Shown: positions 49,980 to 61,278 of the stretch, piece after piece
How the letters are laid out: each line of letters starts with the position of its first letter
Position numbering within the stretch: position 1 is the first letter of the stretch
Source of the DNA: an uncultured delta proteobacterium
GTDB taxonomy: Bacteria > Desulfobacterota > Desulfuromonadia > Desulfuromonadales > BM103
DNA length: 64,000 nucleotides
Direction of reading: 5' to 3'
NCBI GenBank assembly: GCA_963715335.1
Contig: CAVQRZ010000033.1
Coordinates: 25,254 to 89,253, forward strand
Program-made: the position numbers and the translations under genes
Notes under the pieces: generated by a model
Database searches by the model: none
Seen by the model: the letters and a program-made list of their open reading frames with translations, nothing else
What the model was told of the DNA's origin: nothing

Positions 49980-52298
49980 ATGGACCAGAACCTTCTGCAA
50001 CAGTTTCGCCAGCAACTGGCTACATGGATTGACCTGCAGATGGGGACCCATCGCCTGCCCTTTCAACGGCTGGAAATCTGTCCCGAATTGCTGACTGAGC
50101 TGGGGAGACAGGTCCCGGACCTCGTGCTCTGGATCAATCGCGACAGCCTGTTGGCAGGCAGCATGGTCCTTTTGCCGGACAGGGTTGACAATCAACTGCT
50201 TGACGAAGCTGTTGCCATGGCACAGGCGCTCGGATTGGGGCACTTCACAACCTGGGCCGCCCGGGACGTGATCATCTGGCAAATATCTGACGACGTCCCG
50301 GCCCCGCTGCATATTTTTCCCCTGCCACCGGCGAACCGGATTGTCCCGGAGGACTTTCAAAACACTCTCAATGACCTGCTTGAGAAGCTTAAAATCATTT
50401 CCGTCACAACGGCCCTTTCGGCAACCGGGTTCACGCTGTATTACTATGCGAACCTCTGTTTGCGGAACCTGCAGGAACTGGCCCCAGGTCTGACTGTCAG
50501 CGCACGTCTGACTGCAGGGCAAACAGCGGCCGACGAATGGCTGGAACTCGCTCCCCAGGAAAAAGCCTGGATGAGCTTGTGGCGCATGCTTTTTCTGATC
50601 TGCAGAAAACACCTGCCACCCGGACTGCAGCCGGAAAGACTGGAGCAGGTCCTGCATTATGCCCTGGCAGACTTCATTGACAGAGACGAAGGGCTTGCAT
50701 GGCTCGAGATTCACAATGATGAGCCGCCACTGCAGGACCAGGAAGCCGTGCGCCTGCATCACCTGGCCAGCAGAATGCGTCAACTCGGTTGGCCAAGCAG
50801 CGAAAGTCAGGCCGTTGCATTGGTCGAGCTGCTGCTGTTTGAAGTTTCCTGCCGTTATGACCTTGACCCTCCTCAACTGCCATGGCAAACCGATGACACG
50901 ACACTCTGGGTGAACTGCACTCCTCCGCGCACAGCAGGCAATTGCACACTGGTCGTACCACGCCCATGCCTGGCGGGGTGGGCATTGAAAGCTTCACTGA
51001 TGGAATCCCCGCAGCAACTTATATACGAAAAAGACCTTTTCTCACTCATTCCTGTAAGGAAATTTGCATCGGCCGTTGCGGTTCTCTGCCACCCACAGAT
51101 CCTTGATCGCGGCGAAAGGGAGGCTCGCCTGATCCGGTTGCGCCAGGCGTGGCCGAACAGACGGTTCGATCTCCCGAACAGAACTCCGGCCTGGATTTGG
51201 GAGGCACTTTATCTCGCCGGTCAAGTATCCAACGAACTGACTCTGGTTCTGCCGCATGCGTGGCACAAGGCTCCGGGGATAGCGGTTTTATGGTCAATTC
51301 TGACTGAGCATTATCAGCTCACCGACGCTACCGGTTATGACTTCGGCCGGCCGGCGCTTCAACTGACTCGGGCCGGCAGAACCGACACACCTGTTAAAGT
51401 TCACCTGTGCAATACAGCCTTCGAGATTCCGGCAACCGCAATCTACAAGGAGCCTGGTACCGTACAGACATGGATGAACGTCCCGCAGGAAATTCTGGAA
51501 CTGCTACGCGACAAGGGCATGGCCGCTGCCGGATCGCAATGGACTGAATGGACGGAACCCCTGAAATGGGGGACATACATTTTTTTGCATACCCGTTTCG
51601 GCAGATATCTATGGGATCTGTGCAGCGATCGGGAAGACCTCCCGGAACCGGGGAAAGCCCATGAGGAAGCACTGGTCCATGGCATGTTGCTGCTCGATGA
51701 GAACAGCCTTACGGATCTGAGCCTCTCGGCTTCGCAGCGGTCGGGGGAAATCCCTGAAACGCAAAGCCTCGAACGGGAATTCGTCAGCATCTTCGGGCCG
51801 CTGCCGGAGATTCCGCTAACTCCGGCAGAGATCGTTACAGATCAACCAAAGGTCCGACGTACGGGGAAGTCTCATATCGAGAGTATTGTCAGAACCGTCT
51901 TTGTCGACGGTGTTCCACATTTCCCGGAACATTACCTGATGAATATCTATCGACCGGAACTGATTCGCTACGACCTGCGCGGGCCTCTTCATGTTGCGGA
52001 GGAATTCTTTGACCGGATATCCCTGCAAACCCCTGAAGCTGAACATTGTGTCGAGGTCTCCGGCAAGTCCGTCGCCGAAGCACTGATCCTTGTCTCTCAT
52101 TCAGACCGGACCGGCGTTGATTTGCCAAAGGATGAACAGCTTCTGGAGGAATTGCTCATGAAATACCGTGCCGACCTGAAACTTCTCTGGAACAAACTGG
52201 TCAGAGAGTGTCGTCGTGCAGAACCACATCGACAGGCGGCCATAAGACTGGCGCGGAGGATATGGCGGCAGCAGGGGTTGCCGCCGGATAGCATCTAA
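49980..52298 (+). CDS. Large hypothetical protein (772 aa)
   Basis: Long ORF with plausible codon usage; no recognisable catalytic motif. Confidence 0.7.
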   Translation: MDQNLLQQFRQQLATWIDLQMGTHRLPFQRLEICPELLTELGRQVPDLVLWINRDSLLAGSMVLLPDRVDNQLLDEAVAMAQALGLGHFTTWAARDVIIWQISDDVPAPLHIFPLPPANRIVPEDFQNTLNDLLEKLKIISVTTALSATGFTLYYYANLCLRNLQELAPGLTVSARLTAGQTAADEWLELAPQEKAWMSLWRMLFLICRKHLPPGLQPERLEQVLHYALADFIDRDEGLAWLEIHNDEPPLQDQEAVRLHHLASRMRQLGWPSSESQAVALVELLLFEVSCRYDLDPPQLPWQTDDTTLWVNCTPPRTAGNCTLVVPRPCLAGWALKASLMESPQQLIYEKDLFSLIPVRKFASAVAVLCHPQILDRGEREARLIRLRQAWPNRRFDLPNRTPAWIWEALYLAGQVSNELTLVLPHAWHKAPGIAVLWSILTEHYQLTDATGYDFGRPALQLTRAGRTDTPVKVHLCNTAFEIPATAIYKEPGTVQTWMNVPQEILELLRDKGMAAAGSQWTEWTEPLKWGTYIFLHTRFGRYLWDLCSDREDLPEPGKAHEEALVHGMLLLDENSLTDLSLSASQRSGEIPETQSLEREFVSIFGPLPEIPLTPAEIVTDQPKVRRTGKSHIESIVRTVFVDGVPHFPEHYLMNIYRPELIRYDLRGPLHVAEEFFDRISLQTPEAEHCVEVSGKSVAEALILVSHSDRTGVDLPKDEQLLEELLMKYRADLKLLWNKLVRECRRAEPHRQAAIRLARRIWRQQGLPPDSI

Positions 52299-52426
52299 AA
52301 AGTAGAACCCTGCATGGAACCAGCATTGCAAGTAACTCGTTTTCTGGTCTTTTTTTGCAGATTGTATTAACATGGCCAGACTTGACCGGGAGTCATCCCC
52401 AATCAGAAACTGCAAAGGCTCGTCAA

Positions 52427-52966
52427 ATGAACATTCTCCTGCATATCTGTTGCGCCAACTGTGCCATATACCCGGTCCGTACTCTTCGGGATTCAGGGCA
52501 TGACGTCGACGGTTACTTCTTCAATCACAATATCCACCCATATCAGGAATATTGCCGTCGACTGCAGGCCGTCGAGGAATACGCCTTAGCCAATGACCTC
52601 AAGGTTATCTACCGGGACGAGTACCTTTTGGAGGACTTTTTGGCCCAGGTTGCCTCTGAACCGGCAGGACGTTGCACCTACTGTTACCAGTCACGCCTCA
52701 AAGAAGCTGCGGCTTATGCCGCCGGCTCAAACTATGATGCATTTACTACCAGCCTGCTGTACTCGCGATACCAGAACCATGAGCTGATTCGCAAACTCGG
52801 TGAAGAGCTGGGTCGTCATTACGGCATAGAGTTTCTCTACGATGACTTCCGGGCCGGCTGGCAGGAAGGGATCAAGGCATCCAAGGCCATGGGTCTCTAC
52901 AGGCAACAGTATTGCGGTTGCATCTACTCTGAAAAGGACCGCTACCACCCCAGCAGAAACAATTGA
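52427..52966 (+). CDS. queH: Epoxyqueuosine reductase QueH
   Basis: LLHICCANC, NHNIHPYQEY, RCTYCY, LYRQQYCGCIYS. Confidence 0.9.
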   Translation: MNILLHICCANCAIYPVRTLRDSGHDVDGYFFNHNIHPYQEYCRRLQAVEEYALANDLKVIYRDEYLLEDFLAQVASEPAGRCTYCYQSRLKEAAAYAAGSNYDAFTTSLLYSRYQNHELIRKLGEELGRHYGIEFLYDDFRAGWQEGIKASKAMGLYRQQYCGCIYSEKDRYHPSRNN

Positions 52967-53181
52967 TGGGCAGCGACCTGGGCAAGACATTGATTGTCGC
53001 CGGCCTGCTGTTGGTCGCTGTCGGCCTGTTCATGACCTTTGGCGGGAAACTCAACTTCATCGGCAAACTGCCGGGGGATATTCGTATCGAACGGGATCAT
53101 TTTTCCTTCTTCTTTCCGCTCGGAACCTGCCTGTTGGTCTCACTGCTGCTCTCGCTGATTTTCTGGATATTCAGACGCTGA
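52963..53181 (+). CDS. DUF2905 family small membrane protein
   Basis: GKLPGDIRIER...FFFPLGTCLLVSLLLSL. Confidence 0.85.
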   Translation: MMGSDLGKTLIVAGLLLVAVGLFMTFGGKLNFIGKLPGDIRIERDHFSFFFPLGTCLLVSLLLSLIFWIFRR

Positions 53182-53212
53182 CGCGTCTGAACGACCGGCT
53201 TCCGGAGTCCCC

Positions 53213-54157
53213 ATGCATACCGCTTCATCCAAACCCAGGCTCGGCCTTGCTCTTGGCAGCGGTGCAGCAAGAGGGCTCGCCCATATCGGCGTCCTGAAAG
53301 TCCTTGAGGAAGCCAAAATCCCTATCGACATCATTGCCGGCACGTCCATGGGAGCATTTATCGGTGCCATGTACGCGGCTGGCGTGCCAATCGACCATAT
53401 GGAAAAAGCCGCTCTCGAGATTGATTGGCGCAGTATGGCCAGATTGCTTGACCCGGTTTTGCCGACCTCGGGGCTGACCGACAGCAAGAAGCTGGTCTCC
53501 TTCATGGCCGAGCTGCTGCCGGCACGTGATTTTGAGGATCTCAACCGGCCACTGGCAGTCACGGCAACCGACATCAACACCGGCGAGGCGGTCATCATCA
53601 AACAGGGAAACCTGCTGGAGGCATTACGAGCCGGCCTCGCGTTTCCGGGAATTTTCTCTCCGGTACGTTTCGGTCAACGTTTTCTGGTTGACGGTGGCCT
53701 GTGTAAACCGATCCCGACCGACGTCGCCCGTCATCTTGGCGCAGACAGGGTCATCGGAGTCTGCACCATCCCGGCAGTCAACAAACAAACCCCTGAGACC
53801 TTCCTGCCCGCTGTTCATGGCCAGGGAAAGCCTGCCGGCCGCTGGCGCGGCCTGTTCAGCGCCCGCAGCATAGAACAGGCATTCCGCGCCGCGATCGGGC
53901 AGGAATCAAAAGAAGATGCGCGTGGTGACCTGAAAGCGCCCAACATCTTTCGCGTCTGCGCCCAGAGCGTGGTGATCATGGAAAATGTCATAAACGAACT
54001 GCATCTGCGCCAGAATCCCCATGACCTGCTCATCAGACCGGCACTGGATGGCATCACCTTGCTGGAGTTTTATCGCGCCAAAGAAATCATGACGGCGGGT
54101 GAAGCCGCGGCCAGGGCAGCCCTCCCCCAAATCGAATATCTTCTGCGAAACGCTTGA
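53213..54157 (+). CDS. Patatin-like phospholipase
   Basis: LALGSGAARGLAHIG, GTSMG, LVDGG. Confidence 0.92.
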   Translation: MHTASSKPRLGLALGSGAARGLAHIGVLKVLEEAKIPIDIIAGTSMGAFIGAMYAAGVPIDHMEKAALEIDWRSMARLLDPVLPTSGLTDSKKLVSFMAELLPARDFEDLNRPLAVTATDINTGEAVIIKQGNLLEALRAGLAFPGIFSPVRFGQRFLVDGGLCKPIPTDVARHLGADRVIGVCTIPAVNKQTPETFLPAVHGQGKPAGRWRGLFSARSIEQAFRAAIGQESKEDARGDLKAPNIFRVCAQSVVIMENVINELHLRQNPHDLLIRPALDGITLLEFYRAKEIMTAGEAAARAALPQIEYLLRNA

Positions 54158-54232
54158 AAGCCCCTCTCGCTCTGCTAACATGTTGATATAATTGTTTCAA
54201 TTCACCAAATGGCAACAGACAAGGAGGCTATC

Positions 54233-54526
54233 ATGATTGAGCTGCTCGAGAAGACCGTGCTGACGGCTGTTGGCGCAATGACCCTCACCCAGAAAAAAGC
54301 CGAAGAACTGATTCAGGAGCTACGGGAAAAGCTTGATGTCAGCGAAGATGAAGGCAAGGCATTCCTGCAGAAAATCCAGGAAGCAGCGAGCAAGAATCAG
54401 CAAAAAATGCAGGAGCAGGCGCGTGACGAAGTCAAAAAGGCCTGCGAGCGCATGGGCGTGGTCACCAGCGAAGAATTTGACAAGCTGAAGAAAAAAGTCG
54501 CCTCTCTGGAGAAAAAACTAAAATAG
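54233..54526 (+). CDS. Phasin-like coiled-coil protein
   Basis: Short helical protein, RBS AAGGAGG, VGAMTLTQKKAEE...EGK pattern; upstream of an ABC1 kinase. Confidence 0.7.
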   Translation: MIELLEKTVLTAVGAMTLTQKKAEELIQELREKLDVSEDEGKAFLQKIQEAASKNQQKMQEQARDEVKKACERMGVVTSEEFDKLKKKVASLEKKLK

Positions 54527-54552
54527 GGCATTGAGATGCCCCGAACTTAACC

Positions 54553-56245
54553 ATGCTGCCAATTCTTCGAGTAAACAGAAATATCCGAACGATCCGCCGT
54601 TACAGAACCATTCTGGGCGTTCTGATCAAATACGGGTTCGGCCATTTTGTCGAACAACTCAACATCGACTACTACCTGGAACTCGGCAAACGCATCGTTA
54701 CGCGCGACAAAATGCACAGGGAACTGGAGCGACTCAGTCAACCCCGACGACTGCGCATGGCCATGGAAGAACTCGGACCAACCTTCATCAAACTCGGCCA
54801 GCTGCTTTCGACCCGCCCCGATGTCCTCGACCAGGAGTTTATCCGGGAATTCAGTAAACTGCAGGATGAAGTCCCTGCTGTCCCGCTGGATCAAATCAAA
54901 ACCCAGGTCCAACGCGAGCTGGGCTATCCCGTGGACGAACTGTTCGCTGAATTCTCGGCAGAGCCGCTCGCTGCGGCGAGCATTGCCCAGGTGCACCGCG
55001 GCAAGCTCAGAAGCGGTGAAGAGGTTGTTTTCAAAGTCCGGCGGCCAGGCATATCCAGAATTGTAGAAACCGATATCGACGTCCTGATGGGCCTGGCTTA
55101 CCTCATCGAGCAGCACGTTCCGGCCATTGCGCTTTACGAACCGGTCGGGCTGGTCAAGGAATTTCGTCGCAGTATCATGCGGGAGATGAATTTTACTCGT
55201 GAGGGTCACACTGTTGAACGTTTTGCGGCCAACTTCACCGACAGCGCAACCGTTTACATTCCGAAAATATTCTGGGATTGTTCGGGTGAAATCGTCCTCA
55301 CCATGGAGTACGTTCCCGGCATAAAAATCTCGCACATGGAAGAGCTCAAGGCACAGGGCTACGATCTCAAGGAGATTGCACGACGGGGCGCGGATGCTTT
55401 TCTGAAACAGGTGCTCGATCATGGCCTGTTCCACGCCGACCCACACCCGGGAAACATCTTCGTCCTGCCTGACCAGGTTATTTGCATGATCGACTTTGGC
55501 ATGGTTGGACGACTCGGGCAAGACCTCAAGGAACAACTTCTTGATCTGTTGCAGGCACTGCTTGAAAGAGATGTCGATCGCATCATCTCACAACTTCTTT
55601 ACTCCGGAGAGTTGACCGACACGGCAGACCTGAAGAACCTCAAACGAGACCTGCACGACTTTATCGAAGATTATTACGACCTGGTGTTGCAGGACATCAA
55701 GATCGGCAGGCTTTTCGCCGAATTCATCGAAATCCTGACCCACCATCGCATCCACTTTCCACCAGATTACATGATACTTGCCAAAGGCCCTTGTGGTCAT
55801 GGAAGGCGTTGGCCGGCAGCTGGATCCAAATTTCAATATGATTTCCCACATGCGCCCCTATGTGAAAAGGCTTCTTGTCGAGCGCTTCAGCCCAAAGAAC
55901 ATCACTGCGCAGGCTGGCCGGATCGCCCTGGCCTACACGTCACTGGCAAAAAATCTGCCGCATGACATCAAGGAATTCATCAATCGCCTGAATCGCAACC
56001 AGTTCAAGATCGACCTTGAACATCGCGGCCTGGAGAAACTGGTCACCGACCTTGACCGCTCCAGCAACCGGGTGTCTTTTTCCCTGGTCATCGGCTCACT
56101 GATCGTTGGCTCTTCACTCGTCATGCAGATCGACAAGGGACCAATGGTCTTCGGCTTTCCGTTGCTTGGTTTACTGGGATATTCCATCGCTGGACTGCTC
56201 GGCCTCTGGCTGGCGGTAGGCATCCTGCGTTCCGGCAGGTTGTAA
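54553..56245 (+). CDS. UbiB/AarF (ABC1) atypical kinase; +1 frameshift near 55785
   Basis: LGPTFIKLGQLLSTRPD, AAASIAQVH, FHADPHPGN, IDFGMVG; continues LAK/ALVVMEGVG in ORF 55778..56245. Confidence 0.9.
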
Positions 56246-56438
56246 TATCTGCCAGGCCACGGGCACTGTGGTTACAAAAACACACCCGTTGCAAAAAAAA
56301 GACTTTCCTGCAGGCCATGTCATGAAACATATTATATAAAGTTAATATTTTCAGATAGTTAGTAATCGTTTTGTTCTGGCAAGATAATTGCATGAGTAAT
56401 ACCCTTTAATAATTTAAGCACAGGAAGCTAAAAGCACC

Positions 56439-57371
56439 ATGGTCATGATTTGCCAGACAACTATCGCCCGCCCGACTGCAATCTCCGGGATCGGACTACA
56501 CACCGGACAACGCATCAACATGACGTTGCGCCCTGCAGCCGCTGGCGTTGGTATTGTCTTTCATCGTCAGATGAATGGCGACAGGGTCTCCATTGAGGCG
56601 AAGTCAGCCAATGTCGTTGATACCCGTCTGGCCACAGTGCTCGGCAAAGGTGATGTTCGTGTCTCAACCGTTGAACACCTGCTTGCGGCGCTTGCCGCAT
56701 ATGGTGTAGACAACCTGCACATCGACATTGATGGACCGGAAGTGCCGATAATGGACGGTAGTGCCGCACCTTTCGTTTCGGTCCTGGAAGAGGCCGGACT
56801 GACCCGCCATACAGCAAGCCGTAAGTTCCTGGCCATCCGCAAACCGCTCTCGGTCATTGATGGTGAAAAGCGCATTAGCATCATCCCTTCGCGCTTCTTC
56901 CGTATCACCTTTGACATTGCGTTCCAACATCCGTGCATAGCCTTGCAGCAGCGCTCGGTAAAGGTAACGACCTCAGGGTTCCGTAAAGAGTTGGCTCCAG
57001 CGCGCACATTCGGTTTCCTCAAGGATGTCGAAATGCTCAAGGCTGCCGGGCTTGCACGAGGGGGCTCCCTGGAAAATGCTATCGTCGTCGATGACGAAAA
57101 AATCCTCAATCCGGAGGGTCTGCGCTTTCAGGATGAATTTGTCCGTCACAAGATTCTTGATGCCATCGGCGACTTGAGCCTGATCGGCTATCCGATCCTA
57201 GGCCACATTCGTGCTTTCAAAGCCGGACATGACATCAATCACCAACTGGCAGAGAAAATTCTCGACACCCCTGACAGCTGGCAACTTCTCGAATTCAGTG
57301 AAGAAGACCTCGAAGCAGCCTTGCAAATGGCACCGACCTTTGCCACCGACATGGCGCTATCAAAGGCCTGA
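56439..57371 (+). CDS. lpxC: UDP-3-O-acyl-GlcNAc deacetylase
   Basis: GIGLHTG, TVEHLLAAL, EVPIMDGSA, ARTFGF, HKILDAIGDL. Confidence 0.96.
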   Translation: MVMICQTTIARPTAISGIGLHTGQRINMTLRPAAAGVGIVFHRQMNGDRVSIEAKSANVVDTRLATVLGKGDVRVSTVEHLLAALAAYGVDNLHIDIDGPEVPIMDGSAAPFVSVLEEAGLTRHTASRKFLAIRKPLSVIDGEKRISIIPSRFFRITFDIAFQHPCIALQQRSVKVTTSGFRKELAPARTFGFLKDVEMLKAAGLARGGSLENAIVVDDEKILNPEGLRFQDEFVRHKILDAIGDLSLIGYPILGHIRAFKAGHDINHQLAEKILDTPDSWQLLEFSEEDLEAALQMAPTFATDMALSKA

Positions 57372-57393
57372 TCCTAAGTGTACCAAGACTGAC

Positions 57394-57422
57394 AAGGCAG
57401 CCTATTTCGGCTGCCTTTTTTG
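57394..57422 (+). terminator. Intrinsic terminator after lpxC
   Basis: AAGGCAGCC-tatttc-GGCTGCCTT-TTTT. Confidence 0.75.
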
Positions 57423-57580
57423 TTTATGCGTTCTGATAGTGTCCTACTGACAGTTCCCGGCACACTCGGCCATTCAGCGTGCGGCTCTGACATGGTAGAC
57501 TTCGCAATTCACATGGCAGCCAGTTGTGGCTTGCAAAAACATCAATTTTACGCTTAAATTACGCAACGATAGACTTACTC

Positions 57581-59836
57581 ATGCCAACAACGAAACCGGT
57601 CAAGACAGCAGATACCCAGAACACCGAATCCCGCAAACGACGCCGCGAATGGTTGCTCGTAGCAGGCATCGTCGGACTGGTCGCGTTGTCTCTGCGCTAT
57701 CAGGGTCAGCTTTTCGAACTAACCTCGGAAATCCCCCTTTCCGCCAACATCCTGGTCCTTGCCCTGATCAACCTGAACATCCTGTTGATCATCCTTTGCC
57801 TTTTCCTGGTCATGCGGAACATTTTCAAGCTGCTGTTAGAGCGAAGGCGTGGGATACCTGGGGCAAAACTTCGAAGCAAACTGGTCTTGTCGTTTATTGC
57901 CCTGTCATTGATTCCGACCATGCTGCTCTTTTTTGTTTCGGCCGGCTTTATTACCAACTCAATTGAAAACTGGTTCAACAGTCAGATCGAGGAGTCACTC
58001 AAGGAATCACTCGAGGTTGCACAGACTTATTACAAGAATTCTGCCAGCAACGCGCTCTACTACGCCGACCAGATCTCGCAAACCATCAAGCACGAGAAAC
58101 TCCTCAACGAGGTCAATCTACCGGTCCTGGTGGAGCACATTCACCAGAAGCAAAAAGAGTATAACCTCGGCATTGTCGAGGTCTTTTCATCAACCCTCGA
58201 AGAACTTGTCCGGGCTGTCAATCCACAAGTCCCCGCCGCGGAGTTTACCGATCCGGGCTCAGACAGCATCCGCGAGGCTCTCCAGGGCAATCGCTTCACG
58301 CGCATTAGCCCGATCGGCCGGGCCGACCTGATCAGGGGGATTGTTCCGGTATATTCCAACTGGAACCCAGATGACGTCGTCGGAGTTGTGGTCGTCAACT
58401 ACTACGTTCCATATTCACTGGTCAACAAGATGAAGGAGATTAGCAATTCCTTCGAACAGTACAAATCTACCAAACTGCTAAAGGGAAAAATCCAGAAAGG
58501 CTACGTGCTCTTTCTGCTGCTGATTGCTTTAGTCATCATTTTTTTATCGACGTGGGCAGGCTTTCATCTGGCTCGCGGCATCACTGAGCCGATACAGGAC
58601 CTGGCCGTGGCAACCAATCGTGTCGCTTCAGGTGACTTGGACGTAACTCTGGAGAGTCACAGCAATGATGAAGTCGGCGACCTGGTTGAAGCTTTCAACA
58701 CGATGACAGCGGACTTGCGCAAGAGCCAGGAGACCATTCGCATGGCGAACCGTGAGTTGCAGTCATCGAACCTGGAACTCGAGCAGCGTCGGCGATACAT
58801 GGAAATTGTTCTCGCCAACGTAACGGCCGGGGTTGTTTCCATCGACAGTCGCGGGCATGTCACCACGATCAACAAGTCAGCGGAAAAATTACTCGGGTTA
58901 AAGACCTCGAAAATTATCGGCCGTAATTTCCGGGACATCGTTCCCCAGGATTACCTGCCGATGATCAAGGAGATTCTCAAGGAACTGGTCGGTTCGGGCA
59001 AGGATTCGATTCGCAAACAGATTACTCTGCCAACTGGCGGCAACAAGGTTGTTTTACTGGTGAACGTGACCACACTCAAAGACGAGAACAATGAGTTCAT
59101 GGGGACTGTTGTGGTATTCGACGATTTGACCCAGTTGCTCAAAGCACAACGCATGGCGGCGTGGCGAGAAGTTGCTCGTCGTATCGCTCACGAAATCAAG
59201 AATCCGCTGACCCCGATCCAGCTCTCTGCACAACGCCTGCGCAGACGGTATCTTGACAAGTTTGACGCTGAAGATTCGGTTTTTGATGAATGCACCGGAA
59301 TGATCATCAAGCAGGTCGATGATTTGAAAAACCTGGTCAACGAATTCTCCAGTTTCGCTCGCATGCCGGCCAGCAACCCCAGTCCGAACAACCTTAACGA
59401 AGTTGTCAGCCAGGCTCTCGTTCTCTTTCAGGAAGGCCATAAGGAAATCGAGTTCAAGTTGATGCTGGATTCGGATGTGCCGATGTTCAACCTCGACCAT
59501 GAACAGATCAGGCGGGCTGTCATCAATCTGCTGGACAATGCCGTGTCCGCTGTCGATGGCAACGGCAAAATCAGCATCGAAACCTCCTTCAACTCTGTTC
59601 TCCAGATTGTTACGCTAAAGATCAGCGATAATGGTTGCGGTATCCCGGCAGAAGACAAGCCCCGACTTTTTGAGCCCTATTTTTCCACCAAGAAATCTGG
59701 AACCGGGCTGGGTCTGGCTATTGTATCGACGATCATTTCCGATCATAATGGCTATATCCGAGTTCGTGATAACGAGCCGCAGGGAACGCACTTTATTGTT
59801 GAACTGCCGATAACCACAGATACCGCTCAAACCTGA
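57581..59836 (+). CDS. ntrY: NtrY-like sensor histidine kinase (TM, HAMP, PAS, HisKA, HATPase)
   Basis: AWREVARRIAHEIKNPLTPIQLSA, NLLDNA, DNGCG, GTGLGL. Confidence 0.88.
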   Translation: MPTTKPVKTADTQNTESRKRRREWLLVAGIVGLVALSLRYQGQLFELTSEIPLSANILVLALINLNILLIILCLFLVMRNIFKLLLERRRGIPGAKLRSKLVLSFIALSLIPTMLLFFVSAGFITNSIENWFNSQIEESLKESLEVAQTYYKNSASNALYYADQISQTIKHEKLLNEVNLPVLVEHIHQKQKEYNLGIVEVFSSTLEELVRAVNPQVPAAEFTDPGSDSIREALQGNRFTRISPIGRADLIRGIVPVYSNWNPDDVVGVVVVNYYVPYSLVNKMKEISNSFEQYKSTKLLKGKIQKGYVLFLLLIALVIIFLSTWAGFHLARGITEPIQDLAVATNRVASGDLDVTLESHSNDEVGDLVEAFNTMTADLRKSQETIRMANRELQSSNLELEQRRRYMEIVLANVTAGVVSIDSRGHVTTINKSAEKLLGLKTSKIIGRNFRDIVPQDYLPMIKEILKELVGSGKDSIRKQITLPTGGNKVVLLVNVTTLKDENNEFMGTVVVFDDLTQLLKAQRMAAWREVARRIAHEIKNPLTPIQLSAQRLRRRYLDKFDAEDSVFDECTGMIIKQVDDLKNLVNEFSSFARMPASNPSPNNLNEVVSQALVLFQEGHKEIEFKLMLDSDVPMFNLDHEQIRRAVINLLDNAVSAVDGNGKISIETSFNSVLQIVTLKISDNGCGIPAEDKPRLFEPYFSTKKSGTGLGLAIVSTIISDHNGYIRVRDNEPQGTHFIVELPITTDTAQT

Positions 59837-59856
59837 TCGTTCTTGATAGAGGAAAT

Positions 59857-61227
59857 ATGCAATCCATCCTGATCGTTGATGATGAAATTAGTATTCGAGA
59901 AAGTCTCACAGGCATACTGCAAGACGAGGGGTTCACTCCCATCTCGGTAGACAGTGGCGAGAAAGCAATAGAAAAGATCATTGAAGACAGACCTGACCTG
60001 ATTCTGCTCGACATCTGGATGCCCGGCATGGACGGGCTGGAAACGTTAACGAAGATCCGCAACAGCTTCCCTGACCAGCTGGTTGTCATGATGAGCGGGC
60101 ATGGGTCAATTGAAACCGCTGTCAAATCTACCAAGCTTGGAGCCTATGATTTCATAGAGAAGCCTCTCTCTCTCGAGAAAGTACTCCTATGCATCCAAAA
60201 TGCCATCAAGACCAGCCAGCTCGTGGAAGAGAACCGTGAGCTCAAGGCCAAGATCGGCAAAGAGCACGAGATGATCGGCAGCAGCAAGCCGATCAGAGAG
60301 ATGAAAAAGCAGATCAAGATTGCTGCACCGACATCCGGTTGGATACTGATTACCGGTGAGAATGGTACCGGCAAGGAACTCGTCGCGCGTTCAATCCACC
60401 ACAACTCGCACAGGCAGGACCAGTCGTTTGTTGAAGTCAACTGTGCAGCCATACCCGAAGAATTAATCGAATCAGAGCTTTTCGGCCACGAAAAAGGTTC
60501 CTTTACGGGTGCAACAACTCAGCGTCGCGGGAAATTTGACCAGGCACACCGGGGGACCCTGTTTCTCGACGAGATCGGGGACATGAGTCTGAAAACCCAG
60601 GCCAAGGTCCTGCGCATCCTCCAGGAACGTAAATTCGAACGCGTCGGCGGCAACAAGACGATAGAGGTCGACGTGCGCGTGATAGCAGCTACGAACAAGG
60701 ATCTGGAAAAAGAGATTGCCGCAGGAAATTTTCGTGAAGACCTTTACTACCGCCTCAACGTCATCCCTTTTCACGTCCCGCCATTACGGGAGCGTAGTGC
60801 AGATATCCCTCACCTTGCGACACACTTCCTTGAGTACTTCTGCAGCAAGGAATCCCGTGAGACCAAACGTCTTGATGATGATGCGATGCAGGCTATCCAG
60901 AGTTACTCATGGCCGGGCAACGTCCGTGAGCTCAAAAATCTCATCGAGCGGCTGGTGATCATGTCTCCCGGGAACACTATTACCCGAGCCCAGCTTCCAC
61001 AATCCATCTGCGGCAAGCCGCACTCAGCCAGCACAGAACAGAGTTCCATCACCCTATCTGCAGACACCTTCCGTTGCGCGAAAGAGGAATTTGAAAAAGA
61101 ATTTCTGACCCAGAAACTCGAAGAGAACGAATGGAACATTTCCCGCACAGCTGAATCGATTGAAATTGAGCGCTCCAACCTGCACCGCAAAATCAAGTCT
61201 TACGGGATTGAGCTGAAGAAAGGGTGA
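59857..61227 (+). CDS. ntrX: NtrX-like sigma-54-family response regulator
   Basis: Receiver LDIWMP, GENGTGKE, ESELFGHEKGSFTGA, WPGNVREL, Fis-type HTH. Confidence 0.88.
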   Translation: MQSILIVDDEISIRESLTGILQDEGFTPISVDSGEKAIEKIIEDRPDLILLDIWMPGMDGLETLTKIRNSFPDQLVVMMSGHGSIETAVKSTKLGAYDFIEKPLSLEKVLLCIQNAIKTSQLVEENRELKAKIGKEHEMIGSSKPIREMKKQIKIAAPTSGWILITGENGTGKELVARSIHHNSHRQDQSFVEVNCAAIPEELIESELFGHEKGSFTGATTQRRGKFDQAHRGTLFLDEIGDMSLKTQAKVLRILQERKFERVGGNKTIEVDVRVIAATNKDLEKEIAAGNFREDLYYRLNVIPFHVPPLRERSADIPHLATHFLEYFCSKESRETKRLDDDAMQAIQSYSWPGNVRELKNLIERLVIMSPGNTITRAQLPQSICGKPHSASTEQSSITLSADTFRCAKEEFEKEFLTQKLEENEWNISRTAESIEIERSNLHRKIKSYGIELKKG

Positions 61228-61278
61228 CGTTTTCTCCTCAGCATATGCGGGTTGAGCCTGCAGGTGTTTAAAGGACAC

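Noticed and set aside
54553..56245. Programmed frameshifting in the ubiB-like gene or other split genes
   Set aside because: No slippery heptamer plus stimulatory structure seen; the same +1 pattern in unrelated genes favours sequencing error.
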